Below, in pieces: positions 1 to 9,832 of a DNA stretch of 64,000 bases. Every line of letters begins with the position of its first letter. The first letter of the stretch is position 1. The position numbers were made by a program, and so were the translations under genes. This DNA is from Bdellovibrionales bacterium (lineage in GTDB: Bacteria > Bdellovibrionota > Bdellovibrionia > Bdellovibrionales > JAGQZY01): assembly GCA_964230645.1 (NCBI GenBank), contig CAXRHT010000002.1, forward strand, positions 960,001 to 1,024,000, given 5' to 3'. The notes under the pieces were generated by a model. The model saw nothing but the letters and a program-made list of their open reading frames with translations, was not told the origin of the DNA and ran no database searches.

Positions 1-38
1 TCGTTTTTATCAGCATTGAGACGAATAAAAGAGTCGAA

Positions 39-1658
39 TCACTTTTTCCTGAAGCGTCGAAGAACAATATTTAATTCTTCAACCTTCAAAAAAGCCCCAA
101 CACTGAAGTAAACAAGGCCTGCCCCCCCTACAATTAAAATCAATAGAGGAAAATCTAAAAGAAAGCGACCTTGCTTCCATTGCAGCTGATTAATCGCCAC
201 CAAATAAAACCCCATCATGCATGCCGCACCAGCACACAGTGAGACGTGACTGGCAATTTTTCTCCAATTTATCGTCCCCACTCTTTTTCCGATGAAAAAA
301 CTAGAGATGATAAAGTTTATAAGGGTAATAAGTGCGGTTGAAAATACCAGCCCATTGAGTTTCCATATCTCCATAAAAAGAGGCGCCATAATCACATGAA
401 CTGTAAGACCAAAAAGAGCGATGTAAGCAGGAGTTTTAGTGTCCCCGGTGGCATAAAGGGCCTGTGTCACGATCTTTAAAGAACCTGCGGCCATTAATGT
501 CAGGCAGTAAATTTTGAGGATATCAGCCACAATTAAAACTTCAGCAAAAGAAAACTTTCCACGATTAAAAAGAATGTCCACAATGTCTGAACCCAAAAAC
601 CAAAATCCAAATATACAAGGAATCGCTAAGAAGTAAAAAAGACCCAATTGTCTTGAAAGGCTTGAAATAAAATTTCCTGTTTCTTTTCGACTCCAGTATC
701 CCGACAGAGCTGGAAGAACCGTTGTCCCAATACTCACGGCAATCAATGAAAGGGGAAGTTCCAACAAACGGTCAGCCGTGTAAATATAGGTAATCGCCCC
801 AGGCATCAAACGACTGGCAAAGGAGGCGTTGATCAATCCCATGATTTGTAAAACACCCACACCAAGAAGAGTGGGCATAAATTTTCTCACCACCACTTGG
901 ACGCTGGGGTGACTAAGGGAAAAAGAGATCTTTGGCAGACCGTGAACTTTAATCATCGCTGGCAATAGTAAAAAAGCCTGAAGGGCTCCCCCAATCACGA
1001 CCGAAAAAGCCGAAGCTAAAACCAAATGCTCAGAATCTTTATAGAGCCAGAGTCCACAAATGATAGCGACGTTCAGCAGCATTGGTGCGTATCCAGAGAG
1101 GGTAAATTTTCGGTTGGCATTTAAAACGGCCATAAAAAAAGCGAAAAGGCAGATAAAGAATAAGAAAAAGACCATGATTCGAGCCATGGTAATAGTCATT
1201 TCGATTTTGCCTGGAATATCGGAAAATCCTGAGCCCCCAAAAAGGAAATTCACAAGTGGGTCCATAAACAGGAACATCATCAGACAGATGAGGCTTATTA
1301 AGCTCATCAGTAAAGTGAAGATCCCATCGGCCAAACGCTGTGAATGGCTCTCCTCGCCTTTTTCCAAAAGTCCCACATAAACAGGAATAAAACTAACGGA
1401 AAGTCCCCCTTCGCCAAATAGTCGCCTAAATACGTTGGGAAGCTTAAAGGCGGCAAAAAAGGCATCTTTCATATCCAAAGGCATGATCGCCAAAACCAAG
1501 GAATCTCGAATAAAACCCAAAATTCGGCTAGTTAGCGTTCCTGTCCCGAAAAAAAAGGCCGCTTTGGCCGTCGAAACACGGGGACTATTTTTGGGGGCAT
1601 TGGGAGATTTTTGCAAAGAATATCCTTTTTTCTGAAAGGGGCTTGTCATCGAGCCCAT
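39..1658 (-). CDS. murJ: Lipid II flippase MurJ (MviN); true start probably somewhat downstream of 1658
   Basis: SRILGFIRD, AFKLPNVFRRLFGEG and ADRLLELP motifs; many TM segments; divergent from rpsT. Confidence 0.95.
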   Translation of the reverse strand: MGSMTSPFQKKGYSLQKSPNAPKNSPRVSTAKAAFFFGTGTLTSRILGFIRDSLVLAIMPLDMKDAFFAAFKLPNVFRRLFGEGGLSVSFIPVYVGLLEKGEESHSQRLADGIFTLLMSLISLICLMMFLFMDPLVNFLFGGSGFSDIPGKIEMTITMARIMVFFLFFICLFAFFMAVLNANRKFTLSGYAPMLLNVAIICGLWLYKDSEHLVLASAFSVVIGGALQAFLLLPAMIKVHGLPKISFSLSHPSVQVVVRKFMPTLLGVGVLQIMGLINASFASRLMPGAITYIYTADRLLELPLSLIAVSIGTTVLPALSGYWSRKETGNFISSLSRQLGLFYFLAIPCIFGFWFLGSDIVDILFNRGKFSFAEVLIVADILKIYCLTLMAAGSLKIVTQALYATGDTKTPAYIALFGLTVHVIMAPLFMEIWKLNGLVFSTALITLINFIISSFFIGKRVGTINWRKIASHVSLCAGAACMMGFYLVAINQLQWKQGRFLLDFPLLILIVGGAGLVYFSVGAFLKVEELNIVLRRFRKK

Positions 1659-1671
1659 TTTCCGTTATCAC
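1643..1671 (+). promoter_or_regulatory. Putative sigma70 promoter of rpsT
   Basis: TTGTCA-N17-TATCAC upstream of the GGAGG RBS. Confidence 0.45.
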
Positions 1672-1704
1672 CACATGTTCATAAGTTATATCGGAGGTTT
1701 AGCC

Positions 1705-1974
1705 TTGGCAAATATTGTATCTGCAAAAAAACGTGCTCGACAGGCTGTGGTTCGTAGAGACCGCAATCAACAAATGAAAAAAGCGATTCGCCATTTGGAG
1801 AAAAAGGTTCGAAATGCTATTGCGGCTAAAGATAAAGACCAAGCGGCAACCTTCCTTAAAGACTACGAGAGCGCCATCGACAAAGCGGCTGTTAAAGGAA
1901 AATACCACCCGAACAAAGCTTCTCGCAAAGTGAGTCGTCTGACTCAGTTTATGAATAAATCATTGAACGCCTAA
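1705..1974 (+). CDS. rpsT: 30S ribosomal protein S20 (TTG start after GGAGG)
   Basis: ANIVSAKKRARQ...IDKAAVKG..HPNKASRKVSRL. Confidence 0.96.
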   Translation: MANIVSAKKRARQAVVRRDRNQQMKKAIRHLEKKVRNAIAAKDKDQAATFLKDYESAIDKAAVKGKYHPNKASRKVSRLTQFMNKSLNA

Positions 1975-1993
1975 AATTTTATTTCAAAGTTTT

Positions 1994-2040
1994 GTTCAAA
2001 GCTAAAAGCAAGCCTAAAGGCTTGCTTTTTTAGTTTGAAC
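1994..2040 (+). terminator. Intrinsic terminator after rpsT
   Basis: AAAAGCAAGCC-TAAA-GGCTTGCTTTT hairpin plus T-run; stem extends via GTTCAAA/TTTGAAC. Confidence 0.85.
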
Positions 2041-2075
2041 GTCTCAAATCTTTACGAATTTAGCTTTGCAGCCAT

Positions 2076-2102
2076 TAAGTTTTAGGCATTGAATCTCGAT
2101 AA
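2076..2102 (+). promoter_or_regulatory. FliA (sigma28)-like promoter
   Basis: TAAG-N15-CTCGATAA, 9 nt before the ATG at 2112. Confidence 0.5.
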
Positions 2103-2111
2103 GAAACTTGT

Positions 2112-2450
2112 ATGGCAGAAGCAAAAAGACGAAAAGCACCAAGAAGACAATACCACGGTCAGGCCGGCATTTTATATCGTGGGCATATGACCATCACCCG
2201 CTGCAATCAGCTCGGCGAGGGAGGGGCTTTGATTCGCTCCGATGAGTTGCTCGACTCTGTCGTCGAGGGGGAAGAAGTTGTCGTTACCCTATTTCTTCCC
2301 AATATTGGAGGTCTTGTCGCCACAGCTCAGTGTGTGTATCGCTCAAACAATACTAAAATTGGGTTGCAGTTCTGCTCTCTTGAGATGAAATACAAAAAGA
2401 AAATCAGAGAATTCGTGTCTCGCCGTAAGCAAGTGGAAGAGGCGGTTTAG
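2112..2450 (+). CDS. Stand-alone PilZ domain protein
   Basis: RKAPR (RxxxR), QLGEGG (degenerate DxSxxG), IGLQF strand. Confidence 0.85.
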   Translation: MAEAKRRKAPRRQYHGQAGILYRGHMTITRCNQLGEGGALIRSDELLDSVVEGEEVVVTLFLPNIGGLVATAQCVYRSNNTKIGLQFCSLEMKYKKKIREFVSRRKQVEEAV

Positions 2451-2451
2451 C

Positions 2452-3189
2452 ATGGCCGAGACCAACTACAAAGCAGACTTAGCCAGGTACAAGTATAAGC
2501 TCTCCATTCTGATCCCGATGTACAACGAAGCCGAAACCATTCGCTTTGTTCTAAACAAAGTTTGCAAAGCCCTTGAAAACCAAAGCTTTGAAATTATCGT
2601 TGTCGATGATGGCTCCAGCGATGAATCTAAAAAAATGGTGCAACAGTTTCAATCGCTACACCCTAAATTAGCGATCAAATACATCTATCAACACAACCTG
2701 GGTAAAGGTGGAGCCATTCGCACAGGTATTGAGGCCGCCTCCGGTGAGATTTTAGTGGTGCAAGATGCGGATCTTGAATATGACCCCGAAGATATTCTTC
2801 CCTTAATCCCCCCTTTTGAGCAAGGAACTCGTGTCGTCTACGGCTCTCGGAATATGAACAAAGAAAATCGTGAGCATTCCAGCCTGTTTTTCTACTGGGG
2901 TGGTCTGATGGTGACCCATGTGACTAATCTTCTTTTTGGTTCAAAGTTGACAGATGAGGCCACGGGCTACAAACTTTTTCATGCAAAGGTTTTCGAAAAT
3001 TTTAATTTTAAACACAATGATTTTGCCTGGGAACCAGAAATCACAGCCAAGCTCTTGAAGAACAAGATTGAAATTGTGGAAAAACCCATCTCCTACAAAC
3101 CTCGTTCTAAAGCGGAGGGCAAAAAAATCTCATGGAAAGACGGGATCAAAGCCATTTGGGTTCTTTTGTGCGAGTTTATCAAAAGATAA
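2452..3189 (+). CDS. GT2 glycosyltransferase, polyprenol-phosphate sugar synthase (DPM1/ArnC-like)
   Basis: ILIPMYNE, VVDDGSSD, NLGKGGA, QDADLEY, YGSR. Confidence 0.9.
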   Translation: MAETNYKADLARYKYKLSILIPMYNEAETIRFVLNKVCKALENQSFEIIVVDDGSSDESKKMVQQFQSLHPKLAIKYIYQHNLGKGGAIRTGIEAASGEILVVQDADLEYDPEDILPLIPPFEQGTRVVYGSRNMNKENREHSSLFFYWGGLMVTHVTNLLFGSKLTDEATGYKLFHAKVFENFNFKHNDFAWEPEITAKLLKNKIEIVEKPISYKPRSKAEGKKISWKDGIKAIWVLLCEFIKR

Positions 3190-4688
3190 AGACAACAACC
3201 TGGCTTCCCTTTTTTCTAATAGCAGTGGCCGTGAGCCTTTCTTACTTTAATGCCTTAGAAAATGACTTCCTATGGGATGATGAGTTTTTGATTGAAAAAA
3301 ACTCCTACCTTCGGAGCTTCGAAAACCTACCTAAGATGCTCGTCTCAAACTCAACGGCGGGCTTTGGCGGACGCGATAACTTTTATCGCCCCACTCAAAA
3401 CATCTACTATCTTTTTATCTATCAGGCCTTCGGCTACAACAAAGTGGCTTTTCATTTCGGAAATATTTTACTCCACTTTCTCAACGGGATTCTTGTTTTT
3501 TTACTGATTTTCCGCCTGACGAAGAGAAAGCCGCTGGCTCTACTAACGAGTCTTCTCTGGGTCTGCCACCCCACCCATGTGGAAGCCATCACTTACATCA
3601 GTGGAACCGCAGACCCCATGGCTTTTCTTTTTTGCTTTCTCTGTCTATTAACTTATCCCTACAATAAAAAACACTGGGGGCGCCTTTTAGCCTCCTTGGC
3701 CTTTTTTCTTCTAGCCTTGCTCTCCAAAGAGGCCATTATTGTGACACCAGCCCTTTTAGTCGTTTGCCAATTTTGGCTCAGTAAAGAAAGGCCCTTTCAC
3801 TTGAAAACCTATCTGAAAACCCTTCCCTTTTGGTTACTAGCCATTGGCTATCTTCTTGTCAGAGAGTTCCTTTTGAATTTTGATAAAACCTATACGTTCT
3901 ATAAAAGCAGCAACATCTATACAGAGAATATCCACTACCGTTTTTTTACTTTTCTTGCGACACTGCCGGAATACTTACTCATTTTACTGCGACCTATCAA
4001 ACTCCATATGGAAAGGTCCTTTCCCGTTTTCACTCAATGGAGCAGTTCTCCCGTTCTTTTGGGCGCACTCGTTGTGGTCCTGCCCTTAGTTCTTGGAATT
4101 TATCTTCTCGTAAAAAAACAGAAGAAATGGCTTCTTTTTGCGTGGCTTTGGTTTTTTGCTGCCTTCACTCCGATGACCGGAGTTTTAATCCCCGTGAATT
4201 CTTTTATTTTGGAACATTGGCTCTACCTACCCTCGGTGGGCTTTTTTCTTGTCGGCGCTTTGCTTGTTATTAAAACCCAAAAAATCCACCCGACTCTTCC
4301 TTTGATTTTTGCTTTGATCCTTGTCAGTACCGAGATTGGTCTAACCCATTATCGCAATAAGGTTTGGCGAACACCGATTACATTTTATCAAGATATCTTA
4401 AAGTATTCAGAGGGTTCAGCACGGGTTCACAACAATTTAGCCATGGCCTATCAGGACGACAAACAACACCAAAGAGCCATTGATCACTACAAAAAAGCGA
4501 TTGCACTTTCAGACACCTACCCACAAACTCATTATAATTTAGCACGCTCTTACATTCAGGAAAACCGTCTGGATTTAGCCCTAAAGCATTTAAACCGAAG
4601 TCTTGAACTTAGACCTGACTTTGTTTACTCACAGAAACTTAAAAAAGAGCTACTTGATTTTTTAGATAAACCTAAAAAGAATCCATAA
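3168..4688 (+). CDS. TMTC-like GT-C membrane glycosyltransferase with C-terminal TPRs (start uncertain; ORF opens at 3132)
   Basis: LWDDE, FYRP, HPTHVEAITYISG, LLSKE, EHWLYLPS; many TMs; TPR motifs HNNLA and HYNLA. Confidence 0.8.
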   Translation: MRVYQKIKTTTWLPFFLIAVAVSLSYFNALENDFLWDDEFLIEKNSYLRSFENLPKMLVSNSTAGFGGRDNFYRPTQNIYYLFIYQAFGYNKVAFHFGNILLHFLNGILVFLLIFRLTKRKPLALLTSLLWVCHPTHVEAITYISGTADPMAFLFCFLCLLTYPYNKKHWGRLLASLAFFLLALLSKEAIIVTPALLVVCQFWLSKERPFHLKTYLKTLPFWLLAIGYLLVREFLLNFDKTYTFYKSSNIYTENIHYRFFTFLATLPEYLLILLRPIKLHMERSFPVFTQWSSSPVLLGALVVVLPLVLGIYLLVKKQKKWLLFAWLWFFAAFTPMTGVLIPVNSFILEHWLYLPSVGFFLVGALLVIKTQKIHPTLPLIFALILVSTEIGLTHYRNKVWRTPITFYQDILKYSEGSARVHNNLAMAYQDDKQHQRAIDHYKKAIALSDTYPQTHYNLARSYIQENRLDLALKHLNRSLELRPDFVYSQKLKKELLDFLDKPKKNP

Positions 4689-4715
4689 AAAAAGGCTCCC
4701 CTTATGGAAAGCCTT
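4687..4715 (-). terminator. Probable terminator between convergent genes
   Basis: AAGGCT/AGCCTT stem with T-run on the minus strand. Confidence 0.5.
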
Positions 4716-4743
4716 CACTTAATCTTAAGTAAGATCACTTTTA

Positions 4744-5463
4744 TTAATGACTAAGACTGTCTTTACTTAAAAACTTCTCAAAGCATTTTTCATTGGTTTT
4801 TGACATCTCGGTAAAGCGAATTCCCATTCCCTTCGGATAACGTCCCTGCGGTTCTGCTATACGAACGACCACAGCTTCACAACGGATTTTTCGCATGGAA
4901 CTAACATTGAGACTCACTCGCACGGTATCGCCAATCTTGGGTAAGTTATCAAGCTCATCAAGGCAAACGAACGCTCCCGTTTTTGAAACATCAAAGGTCT
5001 CTCCCTGAACCATATCTCCCACGTAGGGATTTAATGTGGCTCCAACTTTCCTTGAGTATCTTTTAGAGGCTCGCCACCAGCGCCTTTTAGGGTCTTTTAA
5101 AATGACTTGTGAAGAAGGCAACGCTAGAGGCACGAAAAGTCCCGCTGAAAGAAGGGTGGCGATTGTGGTTTGCTGCAACGAGAAGTCAGCCCCAAAATTT
5201 CCCACGATATAATTGTTAAAAGCCACTAACGCCAGCAGTACGGGGGCAAAAAACAAAATTCCACGGGAGGCCTGGTAATAGAAATAGGCTCCCAATATAA
5301 ATGCAAAAGCAATAAGCCAGTTCAGTGAGGTCATTTTTGCAAAAATAGCCTGTGTTTCAGTCCATGGATGACCGTACAAAAACATCACTTGTAGCGGGAA
5401 AGATAAAGCAATGAGGATCATCATTAAGGGAGCTAGGTAGAACTGTTTAGGTTTCATCAACAT
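4744..5463 (-). CDS. Membrane protein (about 4 TM) with C-terminal PilZ domain
   Basis: Hydrophobic N-terminal half; RASKR and DVSKTG motifs; GMGIRF. Confidence 0.85.
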   Translation of the reverse strand: MLMKPKQFYLAPLMMILIALSFPLQVMFLYGHPWTETQAIFAKMTSLNWLIAFAFILGAYFYYQASRGILFFAPVLLALVAFNNYIVGNFGADFSLQQTTIATLLSAGLFVPLALPSSQVILKDPKRRWWRASKRYSRKVGATLNPYVGDMVQGETFDVSKTGAFVCLDELDNLPKIGDTVRVSLNVSSMRKIRCEAVVVRIAEPQGRYPKGMGIRFTEMSKTNEKCFEKFLSKDSLSH

Positions 5464-6547
5464 CTTGCACCTCTTTTTTATCTGAGTCGGTGTAATGAAA
5501 GCAGTAACTACTGACTTTTTTCACGTAATTGACGGCTTCCTTTAAATTTTCATGATTTTTCCAATCATCTTTCATTTCTTTGACCGCCCTTTTAACTCTG
5601 GAAGCTCCTGAATTATAACTCGCCAGAATTAACTCCGTGAGATTCCTCTCTCTATCCCCCTTTAATGAATCCACAATTTTTTTATTTTTCTTTAAATTCC
5701 AATAGCGTTTTAGATATCCAATATAAGTCATCCCACCTTTAAGGGATTTCATTGGATCAAGACGCCACTCCTCACCTTCCGTTATTTCTCCAGTATGGAT
5801 CTTGGCTTTCAAGCTTAAATAAGAAAGTGTATTAATGCCAGGATACCTCGGCCAATCATCAATAGAGTTGAGAACTTCTTTTTCCGCCAGAGGTGTTATT
5901 TGAGTTAAACCGATGGCCTTAGCCCAACTGACAGCCTGTGGGTTAAATCCTGATTCCTGTGCCACGATTCCAGCCAGAAAAGAGGGGTTTGAATCATGCT
6001 CTCCAGCAACCTTTTCAATCATCCCTATGTACTCTTCGGGAGCTCGAAAAGTTCCTAAGTGGGCCAGTTGCCTTTTCTGAAAAAGAGAACAATCGGGAGC
6101 CTGGAGAGGCTTTTCTAATAAAATGTTTTCTTCCCCTCTAAGCACTCGCACTTGAATCTTATTGGTATCTAAAGTTTTGAGACGAAAATTCTCTAATATA
6201 TAGATGCGTGTTCTTAAATCCTGACTACGATGAACTCTTGCTGAACTTAAAAAAGATTCGGTGACATCTATATTGTTATGTATGACTTGTATTTCCACGC
6301 CATCTTGTATGGGATATTCTGATTTAAGTTCCACAGAAAAGTCGGCTTTATCATGGAGCACCTGACGGCTGGGATGAAAGAACACCTGATATTTTTGCCT
6401 ATTTTGACTGGCCACATCTCGTGCTTTCTTTTTATTTTTCGAAACCTCTACCTCTTTGACCTCTTCAAGAGCTCCAAAAGGCGTTGTCGGGCCCACACAG
6501 CCTAACAACAAAAAGGAAACTAAAAACAAACCACTCAGGCGCTTCAA
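5447..6547 (-). CDS. Lytic transglycosylase (SLT domain) lipoprotein (TTG start at 6547 after GGAGG)
   Basis: LLGC lipobox; AQESGFNPQAVS, AIGLTQI, ASYNSG. Confidence 0.88.
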   Translation of the reverse strand: MKRLSGLFLVSFLLLGCVGPTTPFGALEEVKEVEVSKNKKKARDVASQNRQKYQVFFHPSRQVLHDKADFSVELKSEYPIQDGVEIQVIHNNIDVTESFLSSARVHRSQDLRTRIYILENFRLKTLDTNKIQVRVLRGEENILLEKPLQAPDCSLFQKRQLAHLGTFRAPEEYIGMIEKVAGEHDSNPSFLAGIVAQESGFNPQAVSWAKAIGLTQITPLAEKEVLNSIDDWPRYPGINTLSYLSLKAKIHTGEITEGEEWRLDPMKSLKGGMTYIGYLKRYWNLKKNKKIVDSLKGDRERNLTELILASYNSGASRVKRAVKEMKDDWKNHENLKEAVNYVKKVSSYCFHYTDSDKKEVQDVDET

Positions 6548-6571
6548 ACGATCAACCTCCATCCTAAAGTC

Positions 6572-6599
6572 CTATCGGACTAAAATCTAAAAGAGCTGA
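6572..6599 (-). promoter_or_regulatory. FliA-like promoter of the SLT-PilZ operon
   Basis: TCAG-N16-TCCGATAG on the minus strand. Confidence 0.45.
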
Positions 6600-6960
6600 G
6601 GGAATTTCAGGGATGTTTCTCATCTTGTGACAAAAAAAGAGGAAAAAATAAAAAACACTTCTCGAATCAAATTAAGTCGTCGCAAATTTCGACAAAAACG
6701 GTGTCATTGCGTTTCACTTTCTTACACTTACTAAAACTGTAATTTCCTGATTTCAGTAGGATAGGAAGCTTTTCCACAGAACGCTCATTGTTAAATTAGA
6801 TAATCTGTTATTAAAAAACGTAATGAACAATGCGTCGACCGGACTTTTTCCTATGTAAATTAGAACATTCATATAACAATTTTTCCCGTACTGGCGTTCG
6901 ACAAAAGTCGGGTCCAGGTACGAACTCAATGAAGAGCTCGTAACAACTTGGGGGAACTAT

Positions 6961-8385
6961 ATGAAAGCAATGATTGCAGCAGCAATACTCGTTTTTTCTT
7001 TTCAGACAATGGCAAATAGTTTTGATAACTTTGCACAAACACCGTCATCTGAAAATCAATCAAAAGATATCATCATCAAATTGAAAGGCGACATGGACCG
7101 CACTTTCCTTGGCCGCTCTGTTATGAACAGTAAGCCGCTGATTAAAGATATGAATCTTCACCTATTAAAAATCAATCCAAGCATGGATGTGGACGCCGTT
7201 CTTGAAGAGCTAAGAAACAATCCAGATGTTGAGTACGCTCAAATTGACCATAAAGTTTACTCTCGAATCACAGAGCCAGAAGGCGAAGATGCTGAGCTTG
7301 ATCCAATCCCTGCAGAAAACGGTCCTAACGACCCTGGATTTGGTGAGCAATGGTCAATGGGCCTTGATAGTGACAACTTCGGAATTGATGCACTTAATGC
7401 TTGGTTAAAGTATGGAACTGGCGGAAAAGATGCTAATGATAACGATATCGTTGTGGCTGTTGTTGATGGCGGAGTCGAAATCACTCACCCTGACCTTCAA
7501 GACAACGTTTGGTTTAATCGCGCTGAAATTGCTGACAATAATATAGACGACGACCAAAACGGCTACGTTGATGATATCAATGGCTGGAATGGTTACACCA
7601 ACACCAATCAACACAAATCAAGCGGACATGGAACTCATGTTGCTGGAATTATTGGTGCTAAAGGTAACAACCAAGAAGGTGTCACTGGTGTTAACTGGGA
7701 TGTAAAAGTTATGAACGTTCCTGGTTCTTCTGGAAGCACATCTGTTGTACTTACGGCTTACAACTACATTCTTGAGCAAAAGAAACTTTGGTTAGCCACA
7801 AACGGAGCCAAAGGTGCCAACATCGTATCGACCAACTCTAGTTTTGGTATTGATGGTGCTGACTGTACTTCTGGAAGCTATCCTGCTTGGAATGACGTTT
7901 ATAACGAAATGGGTAAAGTAGGAATTCTTTCTGCCGCTGCAACAGCTAACAGAAGCTGGAACATCGACCAAGTGGGTGACGTACCAACGGGTTGTGATAG
8001 CCCTTACCTCATAGCCGTTACAAACAACCGTCCTGATGGAACGAGAGCCAGCGCTGGTTACGGAAAAGTAACGATCGATCTTGCTGCTCCTGGAACAAGA
8101 ATTCACTCCACTTATTCTAATGGTTCAACGGCTAGTTTAACTGGAACTTCTATGTCAACTCCTCATGTAGCTGGAGCTGTTGCTTTCCTTAACAGTATTG
8201 CTTCACAGCCTCTAAGTGATCTTTATATGACTGATCCTGGTGCCGCTGCCCTAGAGATGAAAAGAATCATGATGGAAACTGTGACCGAGAGAGATAACTT
8301 CAAAGACGAGACTGTAGCCGGAGGTATTTTAAACCTCAACGCTGCGGCTGATGCTGTTGTTACTTTTGGTATGGGTCAAAACTAA
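6961..8385 (+). CDS. Secreted S8 subtilisin-like serine protease
   Basis: Signal peptide; VAVVDGG, HGTHVAG, GTSMSTPHVAG. Confidence 0.95.
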   Translation: MKAMIAAAILVFSFQTMANSFDNFAQTPSSENQSKDIIIKLKGDMDRTFLGRSVMNSKPLIKDMNLHLLKINPSMDVDAVLEELRNNPDVEYAQIDHKVYSRITEPEGEDAELDPIPAENGPNDPGFGEQWSMGLDSDNFGIDALNAWLKYGTGGKDANDNDIVVAVVDGGVEITHPDLQDNVWFNRAEIADNNIDDDQNGYVDDINGWNGYTNTNQHKSSGHGTHVAGIIGAKGNNQEGVTGVNWDVKVMNVPGSSGSTSVVLTAYNYILEQKKLWLATNGAKGANIVSTNSSFGIDGADCTSGSYPAWNDVYNEMGKVGILSAAATANRSWNIDQVGDVPTGCDSPYLIAVTNNRPDGTRASAGYGKVTIDLAAPGTRIHSTYSNGSTASLTGTSMSTPHVAGAVAFLNSIASQPLSDLYMTDPGAAALEMKRIMMETVTERDNFKDETVAGGILNLNAAADAVVTFGMGQN

Positions 8386-8411
8386 GAATTCCCCAATTAA
8401 AAGCCAATACG

Positions 8412-8446
8412 AAAAAACCCACATTTGTTTAAATGTGGGTTTTTTT
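8412..8446. terminator. Bidirectional terminator
   Basis: AAAAAACCCACATTT-GTTT-AAATGTGGGTTTTTT. Confidence 0.85.
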
Positions 8447-8458
8447 ATTTTTAGCAAT

Positions 8459-8491
8459 AAAAAAAGGAGCCAGCCAAGGCTCCATTTTTTT
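8459..8491. terminator. Second terminator hairpin
   Basis: GGAGCC-N6-GGCTCC flanked by A and T runs. Confidence 0.6.
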
Positions 8492-8498
8492 ATTAATT

Positions 8499-9074
8499 TT
8501 ATGGTGTGACCTGAAAAACCTTTTCCCTCATCAGTTTATTAAAACAACGATGGGTGGCTTTAACGTCGACCATGGCATCGTGGGCATTCTCTAGATTTTC
8601 ATTAAAACAGATTTTATAGAGCTCTTCGAGTTTTGGCCATTTGTAACCGTAGTTACCGGGAAGCTTACAAAAGTCCACAGCAGACTTCATAGTGCAAAAC
8701 ATTGTCTTTTGTATTTCGGGATTCATCTGCGCTCTTAACAGCTCAGCTTGTAAAACAGCCAGATCGAAATTGAGATTATGACAAATTAAAACGTCACATT
8801 CCCCCACGTCTCTAAGAAATTCCGCAAGCACTGGTATCAGAGGGCGCCCTTTAGATTCAGAAACCTCGTTGGTGATACCGTGAACCTTCGCTGAAGTTTC
8901 TGGAATGGGAAAATCGACTTTAATAATGTTGTCTGATTCTTTTTGGGTCTCAAAGTTTTCAGAGACGAGCCAAGAGAGTTGCACTATGCGTGGCCAATTG
9001 TCCGTCTCCGTATAGGGGGCACGGAAGTTCTTGGGCAAGCCCGTCGTTTCCGTATCAAAAAACAGATATTTCAT
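8499..9074 (-). CDS. DEDDh 3'-5' exonuclease (DnaQ-like)
   Basis: FDTETTG, HNLNFD, AHDAMVD. Confidence 0.9.
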   Translation of the reverse strand: MKYLFFDTETTGLPKNFRAPYTETDNWPRIVQLSWLVSENFETQKESDNIIKVDFPIPETSAKVHGITNEVSESKGRPLIPVLAEFLRDVGECDVLICHNLNFDLAVLQAELLRAQMNPEIQKTMFCTMKSAVDFCKLPGNYGYKWPKLEELYKICFNENLENAHDAMVDVKATHRCFNKLMREKVFQVTP

Positions 9075-9385
9075 GTTTCCTCCGAAATTTCTTTTTTGTT
9101 TTTAGGTAAAGTAAGTAAGCAACGCTTTTTTCGACACTTAGGAACACCTTCTCGCTGCATCTTTTTGTCGATGGCTTGGGGAGCGATACAGTTGGAAGTT
9201 TTGTCTCCCTTATGGGCCTTAGCCTCATAAAGCTCCTTGTATCTTCGGTGAACCGAGAAGTAGCGGCCACATCCGCCGTAAGCCTTCACACAGTTTTCAT
9301 CCTTTTCGCACCAAAAATAATTAATTCCAAAGGCTGTCGAGGGAAGAAAAGTGAAACAAAGCAAAATGTAAACTATTCGAGTCAT
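9071..9385 (-). CDS. Small secreted Cys-rich protein (start probably MTRIV)
   Basis: Signal peptide; six Cys in the mature part (CEKDENC..GGCG..C..CRKKRC); ATGA overlap with the exonuclease. Confidence 0.6.
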   Translation of the reverse strand: MTRIVYILLCFTFLPSTAFGINYFWCEKDENCVKAYGGCGRYFSVHRRYKELYEAKAHKGDKTSNCIAPQAIDKKMQREGVPKCRKKRCLLTLPKNKKEISEET

Positions 9386-9484
9386 ACTTTCGAGTGTAAC
9401 AAAGCCCAGGCCCATATGCATTGGGTTGCGCAGTAACTCTGACTTTTAAGGGACCTATCCTAAAGAAAAATCCGAAATGTCTAA

Positions 9485-9832
9485 TTAATCCGCACTGGGA
9501 TCAACAACGTTGTTGCGATCTTCAGGAACGAGAAGACTTTTAGAGGAGTTTTCGACCTCAGCATTGGAGGGCCGCTTGGACTGTTTTTGAGAGGGGCTCG
9601 AAGGCTCGGGGTAGCCTTGGGAGGGACTACGAGGTTCCGGGTTGGTCTGTGACGGGCTTGTAGGATCGCCATTGTTTCGGACCGATGACTGATCCCCTTG
9701 CTGATTGTAGTTTTTCTTAAAATTTTGATCAATCTGCTGGTTTCGTTTTGAGAAGGCTTCGGGGGAAGTTTGAGCAAAAACAAAAGATCCAACCAGTAAA
9801 ATGAGCGAAAAACTAAGATTTAAAAAATACAT
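9485..9832 (-). CDS. Secreted low-complexity protein with three 9-aa repeats (P-x-SPSQ..P-E)
   Basis: Signal peptide ending VFA; PTSPSQTNPEPRSPSQGYPEPSSPSQ; GAGGTG RBS. Confidence 0.65.
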   Translation of the reverse strand: MYFLNLSFSLILLVGSFVFAQTSPEAFSKRNQQIDQNFKKNYNQQGDQSSVRNNGDPTSPSQTNPEPRSPSQGYPEPSSPSQKQSKRPSNAEVENSSKSLLVPEDRNNVVDPSAD

